Notes: a model not told the origin generated them from the sequence alone. A stretch of DNA of 64,000 bases from an uncultured virus (IMG/VR IMGVR_UViG_3300037087_000757) (IMGVR_UViG_3300037087_000757), one strand, 5' to 3'; shown: positions 1-11,001, numbered from the stretch's first letter. Program-made: numbers and translations.

Positions 1-108
1 AATACCAACCGAAAAGTCTACCAAACAAGAAAAAGGCATAATGCCAATTTTTAAGAATTGTATATTTTTTCATTGTGGATTTTTAATTTATATATAAAAA
101 CCCACAAA

Positions 109-3100
109 TTATTTATCGGAACTGTATTGAGGTAAATTTGATATTATCTTACTATGTTTCTGTATTTTATCAGAATCAATTTTTTCTAACATACATATTC
201 CAAGTGCAGTATTTTGTAAAATTCTCTTTTTTAATTCAATCTTAAAATGGGGATTATTGGGTTCGATGTCAGTAATTTTACACATCCTCTTAGTGAACAT
301 TCTCTTCCATTCTTCCAAGTCCCATTGTTGATTATATTCACCCCAAAGATAATTCTGTATCTTTCGAGCCGAAATTACACATTCATATAAATAAATTTCT
401 TCAGATGAAAATCCCATCAATTTTAGGAAGAACTTTTTCATTAAAATAAATTTGTTAAAGAAAACATTTCTGATACATCCAATACTGATAAATCATTAAC
501 ATTATTTCCGACATCTTTCATTATTTCCATTATCAATTCCCTATCTCCATCGGATTCTAATTTATGTAATTCGATAACATATTTTTCGTTATTCTTTTCA
601 AGCTCCGCTTTATATTCTTCAAAGGTCATATCCTCACTTGAGTATTGTTCAAATAATTCCAGATAATTTCCTTTTTTTAAAAGATTTTGTATAGCAATTA
701 TACAAAGTTCATATTTTCTTTCTTCTTTTTTCATTTCATATAAGGTTTACAAAGATCCCAAATTTTTTCAAATGACTCTCGAGCTTCACCCACTCTAAAT
801 GCGGCGTGTCTTAAAAGTATAAACAAACGGACACGACCACCTTTACGATCATTCTCAGCGTCGAATTCCAATTTTAAAGCTAAGTGATCAAAAAATTCCA
901 CCACTTTATCATAAGGCATATCAGCAATATCACTAGCGACTTGTCCTAAGTCCTTTAAGTATTCTGGTACTTTGTGTTTAGAACAATTACTCTTTTTTAT
1001 TTCTTCTTCTATTTTCTCAGAAGAATCATGTACAAATGGATGCTTTTTCATTTCTTTTCAACTAAAATTGTTCGATTCATATTTGTAGCCACAATCCATA
1101 ATCTAATTGTGTTTTTCACATCAAGAAAAGCCGGTTCATAATCTTCATATCCACTATACATTGAACCACTTATTTGTGGTGAATAATATCCTTCTTTCTT
1201 GACACATTGACCTATTATCACACCTTTACCATGTTCTTTATGGAAAATAGCTTTTCTTATACTCGGTAGAAATCTTCTACCTTTTGTAAATGTATCTTCA
1301 ACGGCCACACTTAATTCAAATTCATTATCAGTATATAATTTTTTATCAATTAATGATTTATCCATTATATACACCATTTCGGATAGATATTCATCGAATT
1401 CTATCTCTTGTAGAAAGTTTTCTTTCTTTTTCATATTATTTGAGAATATCGTCTAATTTTTTTAATCTTGATTCATTTATATAATGTTCACTTTTCAATA
1501 GTTCTGTTATTTGCGGTTGCCAATTAAATGATTCGTCATTATAATTTATTCCCATTTCATAACCTTCATATTTTATCTTTTCACACCTTGTACACTTTTT
1601 AACCAATCTTTCTAATTTAACACCCGATAAACCAGATAAATATTTTGCACTTTGAAATCCAACATCTACATATTTATGAAAGTGTATTTTCATGCATGTC
1701 CCTCTCCCCAATTATCATCATATCCAGCGAAAAATCTTCTTACTTTATCTCTTAATAAAACGATTTCAGATTCTTCATTTATATCAATCCCATCTATACA
1801 CATTCTATCTTTATTTATCAAATAGGCTAATTTCTGAAATGATTTTTCAATACCCATAGAATCAAAATGTTTATCTTCTTTTTTATTCCAAACCCTAATT
1901 TCTGGATCTGGTAGACGATATTTATCACCATCTAAATGACCTTTCGAGTGTGATATTGCTTCTGATAATTTAACGAATATACGATTATCAGAAGTGGAAT
2001 ACAAAGTATCTAATTGACTTCCAAGTTCTGATTCAAAATATTCTTTTATTTGTTGTGTCATAATTTATTTATTATTTAACCATACCTTTAAAATATCTTC
2101 CACCGATTCCAGAGAAATAAATTCAGCATCTATCTTATAATCCCCTGTTCCCTCAATGTGAGTAATACTCAACTGTCCAAATCCACCATTCTCACTTATC
2201 CATTCAATCTGAACTCCATTTACTCCACGATAGATTTCTTTTGCTTCAATAATTTTTCCTTGTTCGTGTCCCGTCATGATAAAATATCTTTTAATTTTTC
2301 ATATCTAATATCATTTATGCCATATTCATCTTCAGGATACCATTCTATTATTGTTTTATCCAATAATGGTTGTGTGTTATCATCCAATCTACCCTCTGTA
2401 TGAGCTACTGCTTCTTCGTAATAACGAATAAATACACGATCATCAGAAGTTGAATATAAAACATCTAATTGTTGACCCAAATCCGATTCAAAACATTCAT
2501 TAATTTGCTGTTGGGTCATATTTCCTTTATTAATTTAACCTTATCTGTTTTTAATCTATAATTATTCTGATATAAAATATCACCGATCTCAACTAAGAAA
2601 ATTCTTGAACCCATACTTTTCTTTTTTAAATATCTTACAAGACCTCGAGCTTGGGATAAACCATTCGCCACCCATATACCACCAAAATCCGATGATTGAT
2701 AATTTATATTATCTGGATTCTCATATTTCCATTTACCAACTCTATAAGTCATTATATTAGGATTCTTTCGTAATCCTAATGATTTCATATCTTTGGTAAC
2801 GACCTTATAATATTTATTCTTTCTTTCCAATACCAAATTTACTTGGTCTTTCTGATTCGGATTCTGATTTTTTATCATCTTCACCAAAAATTATATCCAT
2901 GATTTCTTCTTGTTGTTCAGTCATTTGAACATCATCATTTGTCTGATCTGGAACTTGTTCCGTTTTTTCCTTATTAATCATATTCCAAAATTTATTGTTG
3001 TTACTGTGTTATATTGTGCATATTTATATATCTCACTACCATGAACATTCCTATTTCCAGAAATAGAACCTTGAATAATATTATTTAATTGTTCATCATT

Positions 3101-4016
3101 CTTTTGATGTAATTCCATAAAGTTTTTTCTAGCTTTTGAATCTGTTAAAAGTTTAATAATTATATCCGTTGTAAAGAATGTGTTTAGTTCTCCATCTTCT
3201 AAATAAAAACATTCACAAGTACAATCATATCCATGAAATTTGTAAAATAACCATTCGGGATTTTCTTTCATCAAATTGGGTATATCCTTGTATATTGAAT
3301 TAGAAGAATACATCCATCTGAATTCTTCTAATTCATACTCATTTAATTGATATGATTTATCAAAATTATATCTCATCTTTTAATTCCTCTATTTTTTCAT
3401 TTAAAAGATCTCTTATCTGAATTGCCTCTTTTTTCGTGAATCCAATCCATTTGATGTTTTTTCCAAAGTCAAATATTATCAATTTACCATCCTGAACAGT
3501 AAGAGAAAATCTTATTTCTCCATCATCATTATCATTGAGTTTTCCATCTGGGAATTTTCCAGTTGCACCCAAAGATGATGAATTAAATTTTTCTATGAGT
3601 TCAGTTAATTCTTTCAATTTTTTAAATTGATCAATATCATTGAATGGTTTACTATTTCCATCTTCTGGTGCTTCAAATCCGTGATGTGACATAATATTGT
3701 TGTTATTTTTTAATAAGGATTTAACCTTATATTAACCTTATATTTAGGTGTTTAAAATATTTTCTATTTGTTCTTTTGTTAATTGACTTTCAAGTTGTTT
3801 CCTCAAATCTTGATATATTCTATCCATTTCAATTCTTCTGGGAGATCCCTCGGTATATGAATCAATAATAGCTTGATGGGCACAACCAATAACCCATCTG
3901 ACTATTTTAATCACACCAGCATCTGTTTTACCATATTCTTCCTCTACTCTATCGAAATTATTATCCTGACTGAATTCCAGAATAATCTTTTTACTCTTAT
4001 TAAATTTGTTCTTCAT
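109..4016 (-). other. Run of about 11 small, tightly packed hypothetical phage genes
   Basis: ORFs of 70-132 aa abut or overlap (ATGA, TAATG) on the minus strand; no recognisable domains; includes paralog pair 1690..2061 and 2274..2519. Confidence 0.8.
3727..3753 (-). promoter_or_regulatory. Class II promoter-like motif AAACAC-N15-ATATAA
   Basis: Same bipartite motif and 15-nt spacer as at 4036, 10255, 30470, 30652, 35134, 37571 and 63117; upstream of 3366..3692. Confidence 0.55.
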
Positions 4017-4035
4017 TATGAATTGTATATGTACT

Positions 4036-4062
4036 TTATATCATGAAAATCGAGAAAAGTTT
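4036..4062 (-). promoter_or_regulatory. Class II promoter-like motif AAACTT-N15-ATATAA
   Basis: Minus strand reads AAACTTTTCTCGATTTTCATGATATAA, about 20 nt upstream of the ATG at 4016. Confidence 0.6.
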
Positions 4063-4064
4063 TT

Positions 4065-4073
4065 TAATATATA
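4065..4073 (+). promoter_or_regulatory. Putative late promoter TAATATATA driving the leader-tagged operon
   Basis: Motif recurs shortly upstream of most leader-tagged or structural-type genes. Confidence 0.65.
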
Positions 4074-4095
4074 CTAAAAAATAACGCCCACTAAA

Positions 4096-4416
4096 ATGAA
4101 ATACTTAAAATTATTCGAAGATTATAGTTCATTCGACCCATCTGGTATAAGTCCAGAACAAAGAAAAATTATATCAGACATCGTTAGAGATGGTTTTTTA
4201 GTTGCCTCTGAAAATTTCAGTGATGAATTGGAAAAAGGATTTGAAGTTCAACTTTCAACCTATGAAGGAGCTGTGGATGAAGAAACAATCGAAGAAAGAG
4301 AAGATAGTGAAAGAATTTTTAATGAATTAGCCGATAGAATCGGATCTGGTGAAAATGCTGGTATTATAGGTGCCGAACCCCTTAATTTTGAATGGGATAT
4401 AAGATGGGGTGTATAA
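4096..4416 (+). CDS. Putative internal head protein (CTS-like leader MKYLKLFE), acidic
   Basis: Leader motif; directly downstream of TAATATATA. Confidence 0.65.
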   Translation: MKYLKLFEDYSSFDPSGISPEQRKIISDIVRDGFLVASENFSDELEKGFEVQLSTYEGAVDEETIEEREDSERIFNELADRIGSGENAGIIGAEPLNFEWDIRWGV

Positions 4417-4432
4417 AAAATAAATTATAAAA

Positions 4433-4789
4433 ATGAAGAACATTAAAAAATTTCAAGATTTTATTAATGAAGATTCTATAAATGAATCTACCATTACAAA
4501 AATGTTTGGGGATAAAGAATATAAATTCACCGATACTCCAACCATGATAGGAGTGAAAATGTTACCGATTCCAGTTCAAGCTTTTGATTTTTTAAAAAAG
4601 GATCTCAATGATGAATCTAAAGTAGAGGAATTGGAGAATGGATGGGTTCGTTTAAAAGTTAAATCATATGGTGGTGAAGTTGTTTTATATTCACTCTCAA
4701 CAAAAGAGATGGTTTGTTTAGACCATCAACAGGGTGGAAGAATGGGAAGTGTTATGTGGGATTTTGTAAAAAATAATCCAATCGAATAA
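4433..4789 (+). CDS. Putative internal head protein (leader MKNIKKFQDFINE)
   Basis: Leader motif; second INE follows (DSINE). Confidence 0.65.
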   Translation: MKNIKKFQDFINEDSINESTITKMFGDKEYKFTDTPTMIGVKMLPIPVQAFDFLKKDLNDESKVEELENGWVRLKVKSYGGEVVLYSLSTKEMVCLDHQQGGRMGSVMWDFVKNNPIE

Positions 4790-4795
4790 ACTAAT

Positions 4796-5632
4796 ATGAT
4801 GACACATTTAAAATTATTTGAAGAATTTTATAATGAATCTATCACAAAAAGTGATCCAGAAAAGGATTATGAAAAAGTTCAAAAATATGATAAAAAAGAT
4901 CAATTAAAATGGTGTCAAATACTTTGGAATTATTATAATAAAACCCTATTTAAAAAAAAATTACCAAATGGAAATATCAGGTTCACTAAAAATATGGGAG
5001 ATAAGTTTAGTACAAGAGGGAATTATAGTCCAACAAAAAATGAAATTGGATTAAATGATCATTTATTTAATGCCACTTTTAATATTTTTAAAAGAACATT
5101 TCTTCATGAAATGTGTCATCAAGCAACCGCAAAAATTAGTGGTGAGGAAAAAGGAGGTCATGGTCCCACTTGGAGAAATTGGATGATGAAAGTTGGACTT
5201 ACTCCAAATGCTCTTGATATTGAAGCGAATGACACATATTTAAATGCTGATGAATTACAAAAAAAACAAATTAAAGATAAGTTAAAAGAAAAAGCCGTTG
5301 AAAAACAAACTCCGACATATCCATCAGAAAACAAATTTGCTAAATGGTTTAGTAAAGAAAATAATAAATGGAACTTGGGAATGATTCTCATACCAAATGA
5401 TCGAGCTGGTGAAAGATGGATATTTTTAAATATAGATGGATATGGAACAGCATATCAAATTGTTCCTTCAACTTGGTTTTTCGAGGTTTCACCTGAAGAA
5501 CTTAAATTATTAACTGATCGTAAACAAAATTTTGATGAAAGAGGTAGCAGAATAATTGAGTATAAAAATAAAAAAGATAGTCATAGAAGTGATATGAGAA
5601 GTCTAAAAAAATATTGGCGTTCTAATTTTTAA
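4796..5632 (+). CDS. SprT-like zinc metalloprotease with CTS-like leader
   Basis: TFLHEMCHQ (HExxH) plus GHGPTW, typical of the SprT family; leader MMTHLKLFEEFYNE. Confidence 0.8.
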   Translation: MMTHLKLFEEFYNESITKSDPEKDYEKVQKYDKKDQLKWCQILWNYYNKTLFKKKLPNGNIRFTKNMGDKFSTRGNYSPTKNEIGLNDHLFNATFNIFKRTFLHEMCHQATAKISGEEKGGHGPTWRNWMMKVGLTPNALDIEANDTYLNADELQKKQIKDKLKEKAVEKQTPTYPSENKFAKWFSKENNKWNLGMILIPNDRAGERWIFLNIDGYGTAYQIVPSTWFFEVSPEELKLLTDRKQNFDERGSRIIEYKNKKDSHRSDMRSLKKYWRSNF

Positions 5633-5635
5633 ATA

Positions 5636-6160
5636 ATGAGATTTATAAAAACATATGAAACATTTAACAATTCAACTTGTTATTATCGTTCTGAACCAAA
5701 ATTTCTTGGTGAATCATTTAAATTTGTTCCAGATGGATATTATGAAGCCATTGATGACAATAATGAGCCAAAACTTATATTCAATGAATACCGTGTTTCA
5801 AAAATACCAGAAGTATGTGCTTCAAAATATATAGGTGGATGCGTTATGGGTGGATTTTCAATGAATCATACGAGGGAATACTTTATATATGAAATTTGTG
5901 AAAAACCAGAGAAAGATATTTCACATTGGAGTAATGATGATTTTGAATATTTAGAAGAAGTTAGATATAGGCATACCGTTATCGGAAAATATATTGGTAA
6001 AGTAAAATTGACAGAATATCAAAAAAAATTATTTGAAATTTTTTATAAACATCTAAATTATCAATATGATGCTGGTGTAGATGAAGTATTTGATAAATAT
6101 TGGTCAGATATTGAAAATGGTAAATTAGACAAAGAACTGAAAAAAATTAAAGCGATATGA
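5636..6160 (+). CDS. CTS-leader protein, possible divergent ADP-ribosyltransferase fold
   Basis: Leader MRFIKTYETF; YYRS...VCAS...EEVRY arranged like R-S-E strands. Confidence 0.4.
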   Translation: MRFIKTYETFNNSTCYYRSEPKFLGESFKFVPDGYYEAIDDNNEPKLIFNEYRVSKIPEVCASKYIGGCVMGGFSMNHTREYFIYEICEKPEKDISHWSNDDFEYLEEVRYRHTVIGKYIGKVKLTEYQKKLFEIFYKHLNYQYDAGVDEVFDKYWSDIENGKLDKELKKIKAI

Positions 6161-6396
6161 AACACATAAAAGATTTTAAATTAAACGAAGATAAATCCAT
6201 TGACGGATTGAGACTTGAATCTATATTTTCAAATCTTACTGAAATAGATAATTTCAAAGAATCAATAGAATTTTTATCTTCTTTAAATCTCACAAAAGAA
6301 CAATATAATAAACTTGAAGAGATTATGAATAAATATGGCGAAGCTAGATATGATAGTGGATTTTCATCAGGTCTGGATTCAATGACAGAATTTTAA
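6157..6396 (+). CDS. Small CTS-leader protein (MKHIKDFKLNE)
   Basis: Leader nearly identical to that of 9230..9430. Confidence 0.6.
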   Translation: MKHIKDFKLNEDKSIDGLRLESIFSNLTEIDNFKESIEFLSSLNLTKEQYNKLEEIMNKYGEARYDSGFSSGLDSMTEF

Positions 6397-6411
6397 AATA
6401 AAAAATGATAT

Positions 6412-7311
6412 ATGAAGTATTTACAACTATTCGAAAATTTTAGTAAGGAAGATTTTAAAGTCTGGGATGAACTGTTTGGTATTCTCGATTGGAAATTCAA
6501 GTCAACCAAAAACGGTGATATGTCTTTAGATGGTGAATCTACCTATAACGAACTCAAAAATAAATTTCATTTAAAGAAATTTGAACAATATCTTGTTGAA
6601 TCGGTGGCTAAAGATCTGAAGGATTATATCGAAGATGAATATAAAGATGACTTAAAAGATGAATATGGTTTTTATGAAATAAAAGTCGATGATCCCGAAA
6701 AAATAAAAAAACAATTATTAAAAGATTTTGAATCTGGTATAATGAAAATAGATGTAAATGGAAAGAAATTGATAATTTTTAAGAATGATGCGAAATTTGA
6801 TTGTGTAATGTTATACGCAAATGTTGATAAGAAAATGTGGAAAGATATATTAGAACAAATTGATGAAGATGACCTTTACGAAGATCCTGAGGGTGTGGAA
6901 GAATATGGACTTGAAAAAGAACCTCATATAACGATAATATTTGGTATTCATTCAGATGAGAATGACCAAGAAAAAATAATGAAAAAATTAGAAGATTATA
7001 AACCGATTGAATTAAAAACTGGTGAAGTTGGTATGTTTGAAACTGATAAATACGATGTTATTAAGATAGATGTAAAACCAACAAAAGAATTATTAGCTTA
7101 TAGAAAAGATTTAATAGAAAATACAAAGAACACTCAAACCTATGATACATATACACCCCATATGACAATCGCTTATGTTAAAAAGGGCAAAGGAAATAAA
7201 TATATAAAGAAGATAAAGGTAGAAGAAATGGAATTGGAATTTGATACTATCAAATATTCTGATAGTAATTATAAGAAGAAAACAATTAAATTAACTCAGA
7301 ATAAAAAATAA
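6412..7311 (+). CDS. 2H phosphoesterase (T4 gp57B/Acb1-like) with N-terminal and internal CTS-like motifs
   Basis: Two HxT motifs (EPHITI, TPHMTIAY) preceded by CVMLY; leader MKYLQLFENF and internal HLKKFEQYLVE. Confidence 0.75.
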   Translation: MKYLQLFENFSKEDFKVWDELFGILDWKFKSTKNGDMSLDGESTYNELKNKFHLKKFEQYLVESVAKDLKDYIEDEYKDDLKDEYGFYEIKVDDPEKIKKQLLKDFESGIMKIDVNGKKLIIFKNDAKFDCVMLYANVDKKMWKDILEQIDEDDLYEDPEGVEEYGLEKEPHITIIFGIHSDENDQEKIMKKLEDYKPIELKTGEVGMFETDKYDVIKIDVKPTKELLAYRKDLIENTKNTQTYDTYTPHMTIAYVKKGKGNKYIKKIKVEEMELEFDTIKYSDSNYKKKTIKLTQNKK

Positions 7312-7313
7312 AT

Positions 7314-8522
7314 ATGATATTATGGAAAAATATTAATGAAAATAACAAAAAAAGTATGATACATAAAATAGAAAAATATTTACGAGATTTAATTACTGGA
7401 AAAATTCCAGTTAAATTGAAACTTCATGAACCAGATTCATCTGAAAAAATGGAAACATTTAAAGAAGATGTTAATATCGAATTACCAGATGATAGTGGTA
7501 TTAGTTGTGAATTCGAATGGGGTTACAAAAGAGAAAAAGGGATGAAAAGTAAAAATCGTTTAACTCCAGATGATCCCGATTCATTGACATTAAATTGGCT
7601 AAACATACAATCGTTTTCTTATTATGAAACAGAAATAACCCCACTACATTTAGGACCAATGTTTGAAACTCCTGAATTAAAGGGATTGATGTTAGAATTC
7701 TTATCAAATGAAATAGTCGGAAATTATGTTGATGAAATTGGTGAAAATGTTGATAAAGAAATTAATAATTTTAAAAAAGGAGAAACAGATTATATAACAT
7801 ATAAGGAAAATAAGCATAATGAGAATATATTTATTAGTGGATCGATTAAAGAAACAGTAGATGAATATACAAAATACATTTCTAATTATTTAACTAATTT
7901 TCTCAATTGGGTTTATAATACGAAAAAGAATAATTCAGAGTTAAAATTATATAAAATCGAAGATGTTGTAAATAAATACATGACAGAGGAAAAACCAGAA
8001 AATGTATCTGAGAATGTTTTAAAAGATTTCACTTTATGGGTTTATGAAAAAGCAACCAATAATAAACATCAACGAGAAAGTAGAATTATGAAATTCGATC
8101 AATTCGTGAATGAGAGTAAAATGTTTATTAAACATTTTCGACCAGAAGAATATGAATACGAAATCAAAAAATTATCTGAGTGGAAAAATCAACCAAACCA
8201 TTTCTATACAACAAATGATAAAAGTAAACATTTAGAGATCGTATTGTATGTTAGTGGAAAACCAACTGAAAAATTTATTTTTGATGGTGATAAATCCAAT
8301 GAAAGTAAGATTGTAACAGCTGATCAAATGGTTAGAACATTCGTAGCAAATGTGGATGCTGGTTGGATTTTGAAAAGTGTATTAAAAGATAAAGGATCAA
8401 TCGAAGAACAACTAATAGAACATTTCGATGTTACCTATGGAATTGAAAATATTCAAGTAAGAAGTCCAAGGGAATTCAGGAAGGCTGTATCTCAGTTATG
8501 TAAATTATATCTGAAAAAGTAA
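7314..8522 (+). CDS. Hypothetical protein with internal CTS-like motif (possible polyprotein or fusion)
   Basis: N-terminus MILWKNINE; in-frame internal MKFDQFVNE beginning at ATG 8088. Confidence 0.6.
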   Translation: MILWKNINENNKKSMIHKIEKYLRDLITGKIPVKLKLHEPDSSEKMETFKEDVNIELPDDSGISCEFEWGYKREKGMKSKNRLTPDDPDSLTLNWLNIQSFSYYETEITPLHLGPMFETPELKGLMLEFLSNEIVGNYVDEIGENVDKEINNFKKGETDYITYKENKHNENIFISGSIKETVDEYTKYISNYLTNFLNWVYNTKKNNSELKLYKIEDVVNKYMTEEKPENVSENVLKDFTLWVYEKATNNKHQRESRIMKFDQFVNESKMFIKHFRPEEYEYEIKKLSEWKNQPNHFYTTNDKSKHLEIVLYVSGKPTEKFIFDGDKSNESKIVTADQMVRTFVANVDAGWILKSVLKDKGSIEEQLIEHFDVTYGIENIQVRSPREFRKAVSQLCKLYLKK

Positions 8523-8558
8523 ATTTTTTATATATAAGTAAAAGTAATAATATTACAA

Positions 8559-8957
8559 ATGATAAAAAATTTTAATCAATTTCTCAATGAGAAAGAAATG
8601 TGTTGGAGTATTAAAGAAGAACGACCTATAAAAGTAAAAATTAGAAAAGCGACAGATCGAAGCTCAGGAAACTGGTGGTTGATTGGGGATTCCGAAAAAG
8701 AATATATTATAGAACCAGAACCGATGACAATGACTTATGAAACATATTATAAACTTGGTGATAATCTATCACAAGATCAAATTGATTATGGTTTGAGTAA
8801 TGGGAGAACTTATGATGAAAAAACTTTAAAATATCCAAATGATGTACATAAGGGAACATATGATTATTCTAATGGTGAAACATATTTTGTGGCACCAACA
8901 GAAAAAGATCTCGAAAACTGGTTGAATTTTTATAAAGATGTAGTTGTTAGAATTTAA
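8559..8957 (+). CDS. CTS-leader protein (MIKNFNQFLNE)
   Basis: Leader; TTATATATA at 8528-8536. Confidence 0.65.
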   Translation: MIKNFNQFLNEKEMCWSIKEERPIKVKIRKATDRSSGNWWLIGDSEKEYIIEPEPMTMTYETYYKLGDNLSQDQIDYGLSNGRTYDEKTLKYPNDVHKGTYDYSNGETYFVAPTEKDLENWLNFYKDVVVRI

Positions 8958-8968
8958 TATATAGTTTT

Positions 8969-9226
8969 ATGATAGAAAGAGAATCACAAATAAAAGAATT
9001 ATATGATCTTCGTCATCGTCAAGATGTAGAACTACATACCCACTTTGATTGGGAAAATAGGATGGTTGAAAAAATGGTTTCAAGCCATATGTACAATAAT
9101 CCAATAATGAAAGACTTTCTTGGTCGCTACCAAAAATTATTAGTCTGGATGTACGAATCAAATGTGGTGATAAGAAACTTATATAATTATACAGTAGGTA
9201 AATACTACAATAAATATAATAACTAA
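8969..9226 (+). CDS. Hypothetical protein
   Basis: ORF with TAATATATA at 8955-8963; no clear leader. Confidence 0.6.
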   Translation: MIERESQIKELYDLRHRQDVELHTHFDWENRMVEKMVSSHMYNNPIMKDFLGRYQKLLVWMYESNVVIRNLYNYTVGKYYNKYNN

Positions 9227-9229
9227 TAT

Positions 9230-9430
9230 ATGAAACACATAAAGGAATTTCAATTAAATGAAGAAAAAAGAAACATCGATTTTAGTAATGAAACATTCTC
9301 AGGAGAACAGGTTAACACTTTCTATAAACTCAGAAATTTATTACTCGAAGAACAAGGACTTACTAACTCTGAGATTGTTGATGTTTTGGAATTCTTAATA
9401 AGATTTGTTAAAATTCATTTTCCCAAATAG
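9230..9430 (+). CDS. Small CTS-leader protein (MKHIKEFQLNE)
   Basis: Leader motif. Confidence 0.6.
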   Translation: MKHIKEFQLNEEKRNIDFSNETFSGEQVNTFYKLRNLLLEEQGLTNSEIVDVLEFLIRFVKIHFPK

Positions 9431-9451
9431 GGTTAACTATGAAAATGAAGT

Positions 9452-10246
9452 TTAATTAAATTCTGGAATTTCTTTTTTTAATACTCTGTAAATATCATAT
9501 TGTTTTATACGGGTCATCGCGATTTTCGAGAGTTCTTTTCTCCAATCATAGTTCGTGATGACCCCTTTGATTCTATCCCTCAATAAATCGTTATGGATAA
9601 TGATTTTATACTCTCCAGCAAACTTTCTGTCCGTAGGTGATAATATCCTACCAGCACAACCAGATCCCCAATAAACCATTCTTATGTCGTAATTTACCAA
9701 TTCGTCATAATTCTTATGATCCTGTCTTACAATTGTGATGTCTTTCGGATTTACCTGAGGTTTATTGTTCAATTTTCCATTCACTGGCCTACGGTAAATA
9801 TTTAAACAGCAGTGAAGTTCTACACCAGAATAATTCTTTTTTCCCAAATCCTCACTATGAACCAAATCGAACTCATATAAAATCATTGTATTATCCAACT
9901 GACTTATAGGTAATATGAATGAGATATAATCTCCCAGATCTACACATTTCTTGAAAAACTTCATAGCTAATAACATTCCACGACCATATGGTGGATTACC
10001 AATAAACAGTCTACCCTTTTTATAAGGAATGTTCAAAGTAAGAAAATCCTGTTGGATTATATCAGGATGTTCGGGAGCGATGTCATAAGCGGTAACAAAG
10101 GGCCATTGAGAAATAAAAACCCCGTTTCCACCACTTGGTTCTATTATATCGGTAATGTTTTTATATCCAATGACATCAAATGTCTTATCGAAACAATAAC
10201 GAGCGGTTTCTAACGGGGTGTAATATTTATCATTTTCAATCTTCAT
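9452..10246 (-). CDS. N6-adenine DNA methyltransferase (gamma-type motif order)
   Basis: KYYTP, SAM-binding IEPSGGNGVF, catalytic GNPPY. Confidence 0.85.
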   Translation of the reverse strand: MKIENDKYYTPLETARYCFDKTFDVIGYKNITDIIEPSGGNGVFISQWPFVTAYDIAPEHPDIIQQDFLTLNIPYKKGRLFIGNPPYGRGMLLAMKFFKKCVDLGDYISFILPISQLDNTMILYEFDLVHSEDLGKKNYSGVELHCCLNIYRRPVNGKLNNKPQVNPKDITIVRQDHKNYDELVNYDIRMVYWGSGCAGRILSPTDRKFAGEYKIIIHNDLLRDRIKGVITNYDWRKELSKIAMTRIKQYDIYRVLKKEIPEFN

Positions 10247-10254
10247 ATCATATG

Positions 10255-10281
10255 TTATATGATAGATTTTTGAAAAAGTCC
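10255..10281 (-). promoter_or_regulatory. Class II promoter-like motif GGACTT-N15-ATATAA upstream of the methyltransferase
   Basis: Same spacer as other class II copies. Confidence 0.5.
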
Positions 10282-10284
10282 CCT

Positions 10285-11001
10285 TTAATTTAAAAGAGTT
10301 ACACCAAAGGCGATAATTAATCCCATGATAACAGTTGAAAATTTCTGTATATTATATTTATGATTCTCTCCCGATTCAAAGAGAATCGATGTGGATACAT
10401 GAAGAAAAATACCTATAACCAAAGCCATTGTATAAATGAAAAATGTTTCTAAGGATACTGTTATAGTTGACATTATGTATTTTCCAACCAAAGATCCAAA
10501 AGGTGTCATAAGTGCAAATATGAACAGATACAAAAAAGCTTTTCTTTTCGATAAACCATAATGTAGAAATAAGGCCATTAAAGTCAAAGAGATAGGGATG
10601 TTATGTACAACAATACCCAATACTAATGAATTTTTTATATTGAACATAAACGAAGATAGAATGGGTAATCCCTCTAAAAAAGAGTGAATACATAATCCAA
10701 ACAAAAGTAAAAAAGGTGATATTTTTTCTCCCTCAGAATGAATGTGTTCATGACCATGTTCAGCCCCCTCGGTGATCAATTCCAAAACTAGCTGGATAAC
10801 AAAACCGATTACAATGAATACTCCAGTATAAGGTAATGACTTTTGAAAGACTTCTGGAACTAAATTCATAAAAGTAATTCCAATAAGAAAAGACCCACTA
10901 AAAGCCAATAAAAATTTCAGGAATTTACCTTTGGGTTTGAAATAGAGAATGGAAGAACCACAGATTATAACCGTAATAAAAAGGACAAATAGATATATCA
11001 T
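10285..11001 (-). CDS. ZIP (Zrt/Irt-like) divalent metal transporter
   Basis: About 8 hydrophobic helices, His-rich loop EHGHEHIH, HSFLEG and HNIP metal-site helices. Confidence 0.88.
   Translation of the reverse strand: MIYLFVLFITVIICGSSILYFKPKGKFLKFLLAFSGSFLIGITFMNLVPEVFQKSLPYTGVFIVIGFVIQLVLELITEGAEHGHEHIHSEGEKISPFLLLFGLCIHSFLEGLPILSSFMFNIKNSLVLGIVVHNIPISLTLMALFLHYGLSKRKAFLYLFIFALMTPFGSLVGKYIMSTITVSLETFFIYTMALVIGIFLHVSTSILFESGENHKYNIQKFSTVIMGLIIAFGVTLLN

Noticed and set aside
9452..10246. Restriction-modification system
   Set aside because: No adjacent endonuclease recognised; treated as an orphan methyltransferase
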